DNA of 64,000 nucleotides from an uncultured virus (IMG/VR IMGVR_UViG_3300021960_000064) (Duplodnaviria > Heunggongvirae > Uroviricota > Caudoviricetes). Numbering within the stretch: position 1 is the stretch's first letter; the number at the start of each line of letters is the position of its first letter. Location of the stretch: the IMG/VR virus record IMGVR_UViG_3300021960_000064. The stretch is one strand, 5' to 3'. This document shows, one piece after another, positions 7,736-16,439 of the stretch. The notes beneath the pieces are model-generated. The model was given only the letters and a program-made list of their open reading frames with translations, did no database searches and was not told the DNA's origin. The position numbers and the translations under genes were made by a program.

Positions 7736-10128
7736 TGACCTCTTGAGTCTGTATCTGATTTTCTAACATCATTTAGTATATCACGATAATCTTTTCTCAT
7801 ATCACTTTTTTCTTTCACCATAGCTTCTTCTCTTTCTTGAGCTATTCTCATTTCTGCTATAGCTTCGTTTGATTGAATCTTAGTCATATCTATTTGAGCT
7901 TTTACCATATCGCTTTGAGCTTTTTGTGCTATCTCTTGTTCTTTTAGCTGAACTATAGGATCTATTTTAGCTTCCGCCATAGCTTCTGCCATAGCCTGAG
8001 CTTGACCTGTAACTACTTGTGTAGCTTGAGCTGCCATTCCTGCTATTTGGTTCATAACTTCTGGTGGCATTTGACCTTCACCTAGTTCTGGAAGTTGTTG
8101 ACCCATAGCTTGTTCTATTTGCTGTTTATATAACATAGCTTGATGTTCTTGTATGTTGGCAGAAATTGCTGTTAATGCATTTTTGTTTTGTGCTACCATA
8201 GGGTTTTGTACAAAAGATGAATGCGATGTTATATAAGCATCATGATTTTGAAACGGATACGCTTTAATAGGTTGACCTGTCATTGCTGCTTGTTGTTCTG
8301 TTATAGGATCACGTGGTGGTATTTCCGCTTGAGGAGGTAATATTAAATCTATGTTCTTAACTTCTAGAGCTTCGTACATACGTTTATAGGCTTCTCGTAA
8401 ATCGTGTATTTGTGGTGCTGCCTGTGCCATTTGTAATTCTTGTTGAGCTAACATTACCCTTTGTGCCATACTAAAGATATTAGGGTCACTTACAGGAATA
8501 ACATCTACTCTGTCATCAAAGTCTGTTGCTTTTATTTCGTTACTAGCTCCTGGTACACTATATGGGTAAACAGGCGGTAAACTCTTAGAAAATATATCTG
8601 CTAACAGTTTAAATTCTTTTCTTTGTGCGTAATGAAGCCTTTTATGTATAGCTGACATTACTTTAGTGCCACGTTCTAACATAGCAACTGTTGTTCCTAC
8701 AGGTAGTTGTTGAGAGCCAATATCACCTACATTCATGTCTGCAATACTAGCAAATCGTCTTCCAGAGTCAATAATTACAGCTAATAACTGACTTAACACG
8801 CTACTAGGCTCTTTATAAGGTAAAGGCATCAATGCATCACGAATTACACCACCTGGAACATCAACATCTCTAAATTCTCCTGGTCTAATCGGTTCATCTT
8901 CACCTTGTACACGCATTCCACGTGCTTTAAAGCCTGCAGGTAGATTACTTAGTGTACCAGCGTCGATTAATTGACGTAAAACTGATGTAGCCGACTTAGT
9001 TAAGCCTCCAATCATGTGAATTAACCCAAAACCGTAAAAACCAAGACCTGGAAGGAATTTATAGTGTACAAAATACTCCTTTTTACGAAATAAATCGTCA
9101 TTTTCGTTCCAATTACGTCGTATAGAGAGTATTTCACTCTTATCTTCTAGTATAGTTACCACATAAGGTACAGCAAAACCGTAATTATCGTCATCTTCAA
9201 GCTCTAAATCAACATGAAGCTCTAAAACGGTGTATTCATCGTAGTCTGTGATAGGTTTAGTTATGCCTTGTAGCTCATCTATCTTCTCTTTTGCTTCGTT
9301 ATAGTCTAAATCAGCAGTTTCACCTATTTCGGTTTGCCTATATGAACCAGCTAATTGTAATTTTTTAAGATCGTTACCAGTCATACTCATTACATGAGTA
9401 AATCTTGGGCTTGTTTCTAGGTCTGTAGTTTCGTAGGCTACTACTAAGTCTTCAGCTTTTACTAATCTACTTGTAGCTCTACCTAATAAATTGTCGTAAT
9501 AAACTTTTTTGAATGCACTACCAGCTAAAGGTAAATAAAACAGTAAGCTATCCATCTCAGGATCATACTCTTTCATCACATCTGTGATTTGATAATTCAT
9601 AAATTCTTTTACACGTTGACTCTGTGCCATAACTTCAGGGCTTTCGTTGCCCATCACTCTAGTTTTGACTGGTCCGCCTGCTGGTAAAAGTTCTTTGTAT
9701 GCTTGTGCTTGAAACTGTGTAACAGCTTCTGCTAAAAGTGGATGATTTACGCCTGTAGCTCCAGGAAAAGGTTGTTCCCTTTCTTCTATTTTGATTCCTA
9801 AAAGATCTAGTCCTTTAGTAAATACGTCAAGCCAATCTCTACGAGATTCTTTGTCCTGTTCATATGCATCTAGTAGTTCGTTCGCTAGTGTGTTAAGCGA
9901 TGAGGAATCTAATACCTCGGCAAGATTGACCTGATGTTCAGGTACCATACTCTCTTCTTCATCAAAAAGAGGTATCATTTGACCATCCGCTCCTAATTCA
10001 AACGCAGGTGCCATTTGACCACCAATATCCATTTCTTCTGGAAGCTCGACTTCCATAGGTTGTTGCATTTGTTCTGGTGCAACTTCCATTAAAATATCTT
10101 GTAGGGGGTTTTGTTTTTCGATTGCCAT
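7732..10128 (-). CDS. Portal protein (P22 gp1-like)
   Basis: 798 aa directly after TerL; 'HPLLAEAVTQFQA', 'LPLAGSAFKKVYYD', 'GFYGFGLIH', Q-rich C-terminal helical region. Confidence 0.88.
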   Translation of the reverse strand: MAIEKQNPLQDILMEVAPEQMQQPMEVELPEEMDIGGQMAPAFELGADGQMIPLFDEEESMVPEHQVNLAEVLDSSSLNTLANELLDAYEQDKESRRDWLDVFTKGLDLLGIKIEEREQPFPGATGVNHPLLAEAVTQFQAQAYKELLPAGGPVKTRVMGNESPEVMAQSQRVKEFMNYQITDVMKEYDPEMDSLLFYLPLAGSAFKKVYYDNLLGRATSRLVKAEDLVVAYETTDLETSPRFTHVMSMTGNDLKKLQLAGSYRQTEIGETADLDYNEAKEKIDELQGITKPITDYDEYTVLELHVDLELEDDDNYGFAVPYVVTILEDKSEILSIRRNWNENDDLFRKKEYFVHYKFLPGLGFYGFGLIHMIGGLTKSATSVLRQLIDAGTLSNLPAGFKARGMRVQGEDEPIRPGEFRDVDVPGGVIRDALMPLPYKEPSSVLSQLLAVIIDSGRRFASIADMNVGDIGSQQLPVGTTVAMLERGTKVMSAIHKRLHYAQRKEFKLLADIFSKSLPPVYPYSVPGASNEIKATDFDDRVDVIPVSDPNIFSMAQRVMLAQQELQMAQAAPQIHDLREAYKRMYEALEVKNIDLILPPQAEIPPRDPITEQQAAMTGQPIKAYPFQNHDAYITSHSSFVQNPMVAQNKNALTAISANIQEHQAMLYKQQIEQAMGQQLPELGEGQMPPEVMNQIAGMAAQATQVVTGQAQAMAEAMAEAKIDPIVQLKEQEIAQKAQSDMVKAQIDMTKIQSNEAIAEMRIAQEREEAMVKEKSDMRKDYRDILNDVRKSDTDSRGQ

Positions 10129-10130
10129 GG

Positions 10131-11648
10131 TTAATAATAACTTACTTTCTGTCTAGGATATAGTTCTTCTTCCTCATAATCGCTAGGTAGTTTGACGAAC
10201 CCACCTTGCCTAAATCTTAACAACGCTTGAGTAGTTGAATCTACTAAATCGTCGTGATCTCCAGCAGGGAAAGCAGCACACTCTTCTCTAACTTCGTTAG
10301 CCCACTTAGTATCTGGTGCCCATACCATTCCTGATTCAAATAATGGTGCAGCAGCATTCACTCTAGCTACCTTATCATTTCCCTTTGATGGAGTAAAGTT
10401 TTGTACTGGTATTCCTATGTTGCGTAATTCTTGTGTAAGTGGTAGTCCACTGGCTTTAGCTTCTATAATTACACAATCAGGTGTCCACTCATTGTATTGA
10501 TCTAAAGCTACACCTTTAAGTTCAGGGAAACTATATCTACCTTTTACACAATCTAACAAAATAATATGTGGACTTGTACCGCTATAAAACTCATCACCTA
10601 TTTTTCCTTCAGGGTAAAACACACCCCATGTAGTAATAGCTGAATAGTCTGCCATTTGACTTTTTAAAAATGCTGTGTCGTAACTTTGTATTAAGTAATC
10701 ACATCTTGGTGGTTTTTCTTTTTCCCACTCATTCCACCATTCACGTTTTATAAGTGCCCCTTCTTCTGACGTAGGGTTCTGCATGTATTGAGCGTGCCAC
10801 TTTGGTCCGCCACGTAAACTAGCTTTTACACTTTCTATTTCTTCTAGTGACCAAAACTCTGGCCATAAAGGTTTACCACTAGGCAATATAGCTGGTAGTT
10901 CTATAACTTCCCATTGATCTGCTTTTGGGTCTCGTGCTGCATCTTTTAATAATTTACCTGTTAGGTCATTGATGTTCCAGCGAGTCATCACTATAACAAT
11001 GGCACCTCCTGGCTGTAACCTCTGCCTTGGACCAGAAGTGTACCACTCGTAAGTATCTTCCATGGACTTTGGGTTCATAGCATCTTGTTCACTATGAGGG
11101 TCATCAATAATAAATAGGTCGGCTCCCCTTCCTGCTAACGCACCTCCGACACCAGCAGCATAGTACTCGCCCTTTAGTTTTGGATTACTCTTCATTTGAG
11201 TTTCCCATTTACCTGCTGCTTTTGAGTCTGGGTTTATTAATACATCAGGAAAAACTTTTTGAAAATCTTCCGTTAGCATTAAGTCACGAATCTTTCTACC
11301 AAACTTAACTGCTAAATCTGCGGTGTGAGTTGCTTGTAGTATTTTTAAATTAGGGTTACGACCTACTAAATACGCAGGAAAGTAATGAGAAGCAAACTCA
11401 CTTTTAGTGTGCCGAGGTGGCATGTTAATAATAAGCCTTTTGATTTTACCGTTAGCGATACGGTCAAACGCGTCTGCCATCTTTTTATGATGAGCACCAC
11501 CTATGAACGATGGCCATTGGCTTTTGACAAAGTTTAAAAAACTATCTTGAGAAGTTTCAATCTCCTCAATCTCTTTTAACCTTTCAGTAAGTTCTAAGTG
11601 TTCCTTGAGGACATCCTCAGGTAGCTGTTCTAATAGTTCTTTTTTCAA
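10131..11648 (-). CDS. terL: Terminase large subunit
   Basis: Walker A-like 'MPPRHTKS', 'GRGADLFIIDDP', 'MTRW', nuclease motifs 'SYDTA' and 'HDDLVDS'. Confidence 0.93.
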   Translation of the reverse strand: MKKELLEQLPEDVLKEHLELTERLKEIEEIETSQDSFLNFVKSQWPSFIGGAHHKKMADAFDRIANGKIKRLIINMPPRHTKSEFASHYFPAYLVGRNPNLKILQATHTADLAVKFGRKIRDLMLTEDFQKVFPDVLINPDSKAAGKWETQMKSNPKLKGEYYAAGVGGALAGRGADLFIIDDPHSEQDAMNPKSMEDTYEWYTSGPRQRLQPGGAIVIVMTRWNINDLTGKLLKDAARDPKADQWEVIELPAILPSGKPLWPEFWSLEEIESVKASLRGGPKWHAQYMQNPTSEEGALIKREWWNEWEKEKPPRCDYLIQSYDTAFLKSQMADYSAITTWGVFYPEGKIGDEFYSGTSPHIILLDCVKGRYSFPELKGVALDQYNEWTPDCVIIEAKASGLPLTQELRNIGIPVQNFTPSKGNDKVARVNAAAPLFESGMVWAPDTKWANEVREECAAFPAGDHDDLVDSTTQALLRFRQGGFVKLPSDYEEEELYPRQKVSYY

Positions 11649-14065
11649 GAGTATTTAAGATTCATTAAAGGTTGTTTAATTTCTCCACCTGTATTTTTAC
11701 GGAGAACAGTAAAAGCCTCTCGTATTTCTGGTGTCATTTTTATTCTTAAAAATTCTTGACCTGCGTTATCAAGATACTCTTCAAACGGAAGTTTAATATT
11801 GTAGTCTTGCTCTGCTTGTTTTATTGCTTTGAGTCTGAGGTCTTTGTATTGTTTACCTCGATTGATTTGTTTTGTTTGATACGCATCTTTATAATCTTCA
11901 AAAAATAAACCAAACGCACGATCTTCGCCAGGAGTGGAATCTACGAAATCTCTAGCGTTATCTGGTAAAAGATCTGAAGCTGTGCCTGCCTGTCTTGTTA
12001 CTGCTTTACCATTACTGGGAAAAAGAATGTCTGTTGCGTTATTTTGTACAGCATCTTGTATAGAAATTTTTGTGCTAGTATTAAACCACTGACTTACCAT
12101 AGGTAAGTCATCTATTACAGGTTCAGAGTCTGGAATTGCTTTTCTAAGTTCTTTCCTTAATGACCTTTCTAAATTGTTTGCGTTTTCAACTCTTTTAAGA
12201 TCATAGTCTTCAAACTTTCGTAAAATTCTTTTTCGTGTAGTTTCTAACTTTATATTTTGTGCTACGTTATCTGTAGTATCAAACGGTCCATTTATACCGA
12301 TTTCATCATACAAGGTTCCAGTGTTTCTGTACGTGTCGTCATAATATTTTTGCCACAGCTGAGCAAATTTTGGTTTAGGTATTCTACTAAATCTGTCTTC
12401 ATACATGTTTGTTAAATACGGAGTTCCGTAGGGTTGAACATTGTCTAAAAAATCTGCTGCTGCTTCTGGGCTCATGTCTATAAACTTATTTACATTGCTT
12501 TTAGGTTCAAAAATAGGATTAAGATTTTCTATAAATCTATCAAAATCACGTTGTGCGTTAGCCTCCATACCTTGAACTACAAAACTTTCGTAATCTTTTA
12601 ATACTCCTTTAAGTTGTGTCGTTTCTTGCCCCATTGTCCCAGGAATTTTTAAAATATTGTCGGTAGAAGTTAAAACTCCTGCTGTGTCACTTATCTCATA
12701 CGCAAGCATGTTTTCATCATCTGGAAAATTTAGTCTAGCCGACGCTCTAATTTTTTCTGGATCTTTTGTAAAAGTGTAGGGAGATTGAGTTTCACTAGCA
12801 ATCAATACTCTAGAACCGTCTCCTTCTCCAAAAAAGTCATCATATATGTGAGACCTATTGTGGAATATATTATTGTCAAGTTCTCCGAGTGTAATTTCTT
12901 TAGGTATTTCGTCAGGAGATTTACCAAAATATTGAAAACCTGCACCTACTTCAGTATGACCGCCACTCTGTTCAAAAGTTTTGTTTGCTATGCCTTCTAT
13001 TTCAGGGTCACCAGCTAAACGAGAGTTAATAGCAAATTGAGAATTAATTGTTAAGTTTGGCATTTTTCTTTCTGCTGCTTCTTGTAAAGAACGTGGTGCG
13101 TCATATTTAGGAACAAATGGGCTGTGATATGTGTAAGATAATTCGTCAGGCATGTTTCTTGAAAAAAAGTCATCCATAAATTGTCCAGAATACGTGCTGC
13201 GTGTTTCTGAAAATCTAGGATTATTTTGATTTATTAAATCTAATAACTCTTGCTTCGTCATTTTTTCACTTAGGTTAGCTACTTTATTAGGGGACGTTTC
13301 TGCTAACGTTTTAGTAAACTCTTCTATTTGACTTACAACATTTTGATTGTATGTATTTTTACCACCACCTTTTATGCCTTGTTTTCTGGCTAAGTTTAAC
13401 ATTTCCTGCATAGAATATTTTTTGTTTGGATTATCAAACCCTGGAAGTTCTTCTATGGCTTTTTCTAATGTGGTTACAGCAGGTCGTTCTCTTTTTAAAT
13501 TTTTGTACATCTGCTCTTGATTGAATACATACTCTTCTGAAAAACTGTCGAGAGTATCAGCAACAGGACTTTGATCATTCAAGCCTCTTTTGTACTGTTC
13601 GTTGTACATCTCTTCGCCTCTTTCTTCTACATCAAACCGCATTCCCCTAGCTACAGGTCTGCCTGGAATAAGAGGCAAAGCTGCCATGGTGTGGTAACCA
13701 AGAGCAGGTAACGTTTCCCCTTGCTCCATTAAATAGTTACCTTGTTTATAGTCGAGTATTTCTGCTGCTCCAGGAGTCATAGATATAACATCTGTCAATC
13801 CACGTGCTGTTTGATGAGCACGGTACGGATCTTGAAAGGTTGACGGTCCATATTTTTGTAATGCATTAAATAAATTTTTTTCTACTTTACCGTATGGACT
13901 TTCGTCTTCTTTTACAGGTACAATTCTATCGATTGGTGGAGAAGTAGGAATAGCTTTAGCATTCTTTTTATTTTCTAAATTCATTCTTTGCAACTTACGA
14001 AGAATATCTTCTGGAGATTGTGAGTCTCCGTATTTGTATCTTAGTAGTTCTTCAAGAGTGGCCAT
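11645..14065 (-). CDS. Large hypothetical protein, possibly internal virion/ejected protein
   Basis: ~806 aa from likely start MATLEELL; C-terminus 'KNTGGEIKQPLMNLKYS' resembles that of 44345..46495. Confidence 0.5.
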   Translation of the reverse strand: MATLEELLRYKYGDSQSPEDILRKLQRMNLENKKNAKAIPTSPPIDRIVPVKEDESPYGKVEKNLFNALQKYGPSTFQDPYRAHQTARGLTDVISMTPGAAEILDYKQGNYLMEQGETLPALGYHTMAALPLIPGRPVARGMRFDVEERGEEMYNEQYKRGLNDQSPVADTLDSFSEEYVFNQEQMYKNLKRERPAVTTLEKAIEELPGFDNPNKKYSMQEMLNLARKQGIKGGGKNTYNQNVVSQIEEFTKTLAETSPNKVANLSEKMTKQELLDLINQNNPRFSETRSTYSGQFMDDFFSRNMPDELSYTYHSPFVPKYDAPRSLQEAAERKMPNLTINSQFAINSRLAGDPEIEGIANKTFEQSGGHTEVGAGFQYFGKSPDEIPKEITLGELDNNIFHNRSHIYDDFFGEGDGSRVLIASETQSPYTFTKDPEKIRASARLNFPDDENMLAYEISDTAGVLTSTDNILKIPGTMGQETTQLKGVLKDYESFVVQGMEANAQRDFDRFIENLNPIFEPKSNVNKFIDMSPEAAADFLDNVQPYGTPYLTNMYEDRFSRIPKPKFAQLWQKYYDDTYRNTGTLYDEIGINGPFDTTDNVAQNIKLETTRKRILRKFEDYDLKRVENANNLERSLRKELRKAIPDSEPVIDDLPMVSQWFNTSTKISIQDAVQNNATDILFPSNGKAVTRQAGTASDLLPDNARDFVDSTPGEDRAFGLFFEDYKDAYQTKQINRGKQYKDLRLKAIKQAEQDYNIKLPFEEYLDNAGQEFLRIKMTPEIREAFTVLRKNTGGEIKQPLMNLKYS

Positions 14066-14396
14066 CTTTGTGTAGGTTAATAAAGTATTCTGCGTCAACT
14101 AAAGCTAACGGTTTACTTTTGTTTCTTTTTATTATAACTAGACTTTCCACATTTTTACTAGTATTACTTGAACATTGTTCATAGGCTTTCCAGACGTTTA
14201 CTGCTTCTTGGTTTTTACACTCAATAGAATAAGGGAATATCTTTTTAGTTTGTACGCCCATAATAAGGTCTTCACCGCTACTGCCCATAGGTCTAGATTC
14301 TATATCTTCTGGGTCCACGGACAATAGTTCTATGAGTTTGTCTCTCACCCACTGTTGTAGTCTGCGTCCTTTGGCTTTTGCTGAGCTAGTTTTTAT
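14052..14396 (-). CDS. PD-(D/E)xK Holliday-junction-resolvase-like endonuclease, probable ATA start
   Basis: '(I)KTSSAKAKGRRLQQWVRD...GEDL....IECKNQE'; in-frame extension above the GTG at 14348. Confidence 0.65.
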   Translation of the reverse strand: MKTSSAKAKGRRLQQWVRDKLIELLSVDPEDIESRPMGSSGEDLIMGVQTKKIFPYSIECKNQEAVNVWKAYEQCSSNTSKNVESLVIIKRNKSKPLALVDAEYFINLHKDGHS

Positions 14397-14527
14397 TTGC
14401 CTTGTCCTCTGTATTTAGTACGCTTTTTATTTTTATTCGTACCTGCACCATGGCTGAGTCTTGAGTCGCCTATAGAAGTTTTCTTCTTGACGTGCGTAAT
14501 TTTTTCTTTAATCCACTGTTTCGGCAT
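14393..14527 (-). CDS. Small basic protein (44 aa, MPKQWIKEK...KTSIG...KYRGQGK), absent from ORF track
   Basis: Open frame ATG 14527 to TAA 14393; fills the gap between neighbours. Confidence 0.6.
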   Translation of the reverse strand: MPKQWIKEKITHVKKKTSIGDSRLSHGAGTNKNKKRTKYRGQGK

Positions 14528-14864
14528 TACGCATAAGTTTAAACTGTTTACGAGCAAGAACCAAATTTTTTCTATTTTGCATTATGAGAGCAGGGACCAC
14601 GGTCGACTTATAACCGTCTATGGGATGTGACCAAAACCACTCTGCATCAGGGTGGCTGATTTGTAGTTCTTGTGCCATGGACTCTAGTGCGTCGCGATCT
14701 GTCGAGGTATGACATTTGAACAGAACAGCGTCGTAGTGTTTTAATTGTAAGTAGAGTATGTCAATTAATTCTGTTGAGTATTTCAGTACAGGTATTTTAC
14801 CAGCGTCAAAACTTTTTAGGCTAAAAGGACAGACGTCTATTATGGATTCAAAGTATTCTCTCAT
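14508..14864 (-). CDS. Hypothetical protein, first gene of late operon
   Basis: 118 aa 'YFESIIDVCPFS...WFWSHP'. Confidence 0.6.
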   Translation of the reverse strand: MREYFESIIDVCPFSLKSFDAGKIPVLKYSTELIDILYLQLKHYDAVLFKCHTSTDRDALESMAQELQISHPDAEWFWSHPIDGYKSTVVPALIMQNRKNLVLARKQFKLMRNAETVD

Positions 14865-14903
14865 TCGTAAAAAAATTTTTGCAAAATATTTGCAACTAGG
14901 TCA

Positions 14904-14931
14904 ATGATAGGCGAAAAGCCGAAAAAGTAAA
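14904..14931 (-). promoter_or_regulatory. Putative promoter of packaging/head operon
   Basis: TTTACT-N16-TATCAT on minus strand upstream of 14864. Confidence 0.4.
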
Positions 14932-14993
14932 GTTTATATGTTATGAGCGTCCGAATCTTACTTGCATGCTGCCGTCGACAGTTGTGTGTCATA

Positions 14994-15252
14994 AAGGGGG
15001 GTGGGGGGTCTTCTCTGTGTCGCTCTGCGGCACTCTTGTCTGTTGTTCTGTCTTGTCTGTCTTGTCTGCGTTGTGGTCCAGCTCTGCTGGTCCGTGCGAG
15101 CGAAGCGAGCCAGTCATGCGTGCGTCAGCACGCCACCGTGCCTGGACCATCATCCAGGGGGGGGGGGGGGGGGGGGCGACTCCTAATGGATTCAGTAGTG
15201 GTGTGTGTGCGAGCGAAGCGAGCACCGAGCACGGACGTGACGACACACCGAC
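14994..15252. other. Non-coding TC/TG-saturated block 1 with G-runs; probable genome end/pac neighbourhood
   Basis: GGGGGGTGGGGGG, (TGTCT)n-like tract, GCGAGCGAAGCGAGC x2, G20 at 15157-15176; at the divergence point between late operon and plus-strand genes. Confidence 0.5.
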
Positions 15253-15257
15253 AAAAA

Positions 15258-15292
15258 AGTAAGTACTTACTAACTAAAAGTAAGTACTTACT
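15258..15292. repeat. Tandem 14-bp perfect palindromes AGTAAGTACTTACT (21-bp period)
   Basis: 15258-15271 and 15279-15292; third copy at 15893-15906. Confidence 0.9.
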
Positions 15293-15329
15293 AACCTAAA
15301 AAATAATAGTAAATAAAGTAAAAAAAGTC

Positions 15330-15358
15330 TAGGCGTATTAGTATATAAGTAGTATAAT
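15330..15358 (+). promoter_or_regulatory. Putative promoter of first plus-strand gene
   Basis: Perfect TATAAT at 15353-15358, AT-rich upstream tract, poor -35 (TAGGCG). Confidence 0.55.
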
Positions 15359-15425
15359 TTTTATATTAGCTACTAAAGGGCGGTACTAATAACTACTTAA
15401 CTAGCCCTAAATAAAAGGTAAAAAT

Positions 15426-15695
15426 ATGGCTACTAATAAAGCTAAAAACCTAAACCCTAGCGTAAAACCTAGCGTTACCCCTACTACTACTATTACGCCT
15501 AGTAATATAGCTAGTACTAACCCTAAACTTACTTTTATTAGCGGTAAAGCTAGGGCTACTCATAATAATACTAGGGCTAAAAGCGTAAACGGTTATACGT
15601 ACGCTAACGCCCTAAGTCACTACGCTACGCTAGGTTTTAAAAAGGTAGATTTAAACTACGATATTTTTAAAATTAAAAGCCTTAGTACTAGCTAA
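15426..15695 (+). CDS. Small basic early protein, paralog 1 (N.R.K...DLNYD family)
   Basis: 89 aa; AAGG RBS; terminator; highly similar to 16037..16264. Confidence 0.85.
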   Translation: MATNKAKNLNPSVKPSVTPTTTITPSNIASTNPKLTFISGKARATHNNTRAKSVNGYTYANALSHYATLGFKKVDLNYDIFKIKSLSTS

Positions 15696-15701
15696 CTAGG
15701 T

Positions 15702-15726
15702 AGGGGGGCGTAAGCCCCCTTTTTTT
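15702..15726 (+). terminator. Rho-independent terminator
   Basis: GGGGGC-GTAA-GCCCCC-TTTTTTT. Confidence 0.9.
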
Positions 15727-15739
15727 ATAAACTAAATAA

Positions 15740-15889
15740 TGATCATGATCTATGTTCCATGGTTGGGGGATGATGGTTCTTTGGTTCTTTGGTTTCTTCA
15801 TGTTCTTCAGATCGTGATCTGTGTCTTCTGTCTGTCTTGTCTTCGTTTGTGGTCCGCCGAAGGCGGACGATTCTTCGCGGACGCGAACA
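15740..15889. other. Non-coding TC/TG-saturated block 2
   Basis: GATCATGATC start, TTCTTTGGTT repeats, TGTCT tract, hairpin GTCCGCC-GAA-GGCGGAC; no TA from 15753 to 15894. Confidence 0.6.
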
Positions 15890-15892
15890 AAA

Positions 15893-15906
15893 AGTAAGTA
15901 CTTACT
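15893..15906. repeat. Third AGTAAGTACTTACT palindrome
   Basis: Same flanks (ACAAAA...AACCTAAAA) as the 15258-15300 copies. Confidence 0.9.
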
Positions 15907-15942
15907 AACCTAAAAAGATTTTAAATTAATTACCGATCATGC

Positions 15943-15971
15943 TTTACTTTACTTTAGATCGTTAGTATACT
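15943..15971 (+). promoter_or_regulatory. sigma70-like promoter with GATC at spacer position 9-12
   Basis: TTTACT-ttactttaGATCgttag-TATACT. Confidence 0.75.
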
Positions 15972-16036
15972 ACTAGTATAAAGTAAGTAAGGGCTCCGTC
16001 CTTTTAAAATTAGCTCACTTAATATAGGTAATATCT

Positions 16037-16264
16037 ATGGCTACTAATAAAGCTAAAAAAACTCAGTCTATCGCTCCTAGCGTTAGTACTGGTAAATTAA
16101 CCTTCGTCCCTGGTAAAGCTAGGGCGGATCATAATAACGCTCGTGCTAAAAGCGTTAATGGTTTAACCTACGATCAAGCGTTAGCTCATTATGCTACGCT
16201 CGGTTTTAAAAAGGTTGACCTTAACTACGATTTAAATAAAATTAAATCGCTCAAGTTAGCGTAA
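16037..16264 (+). CDS. Small basic early protein, paralog 2
   Basis: 75 aa; MATNKAK start; nearly identical core to 15426..15695. Confidence 0.85.
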   Translation: MATNKAKKTQSIAPSVSTGKLTFVPGKARADHNNARAKSVNGLTYDQALAHYATLGFKKVDLNYDLNKIKSLKLA

Positions 16265-16270
16265 GCTCAA

Positions 16271-16299
16271 AGGGGGGTCAATAGCCCCCCTCTTTTTTT
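16271..16299 (+). terminator. Rho-independent terminator
   Basis: AGGGGGG-tcaatag-CCCCCCT-CTTTTTTT. Confidence 0.85.
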
Positions 16300-16310
16300 A
16301 ATTTTAATTA

Positions 16311-16439
16311 GACCTGCATGGTCCATGCACCACGATCGGTGGATTGGGATTCTTTGGTTCTTTGGTTCTTGGACCACGATCGGTGGATCATGGTTCTTTG
16401 TCCATATGTTTTGTGCCTTGTGTCTCTGTCCGTGGTTTC
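16311..16439. other. Non-coding TC/TG-saturated block 3
   Basis: ACCACGATCGGTGGAT x2 (16329-16344, 16373-16388), TTCTTTGG repeats, several CATG/GATC; only one TA. Confidence 0.6.

Noticed and set aside
15157..15176. G20 homopolymer as a functional element in its own right
   Set aside because: Long G-runs can be sequencing or assembly artefacts; length cannot be trusted without reads.
14943..15299. Four overlapping ORFs in the GC-rich block
   Set aside because: Open in several frames only because the block lacks TA (few stops); low complexity, poly-Gly/Pro from the G-run, no RBS.
15251..15915. Possible CRISPR mini-array from the AAAAGTAAGTACTTACTAAC repeats
   Set aside because: Two copies are adjacent without a spacer and the third is ~600 bp away; no cas genes (the PD-(D/E)xK nuclease is a normal phage replication gene).
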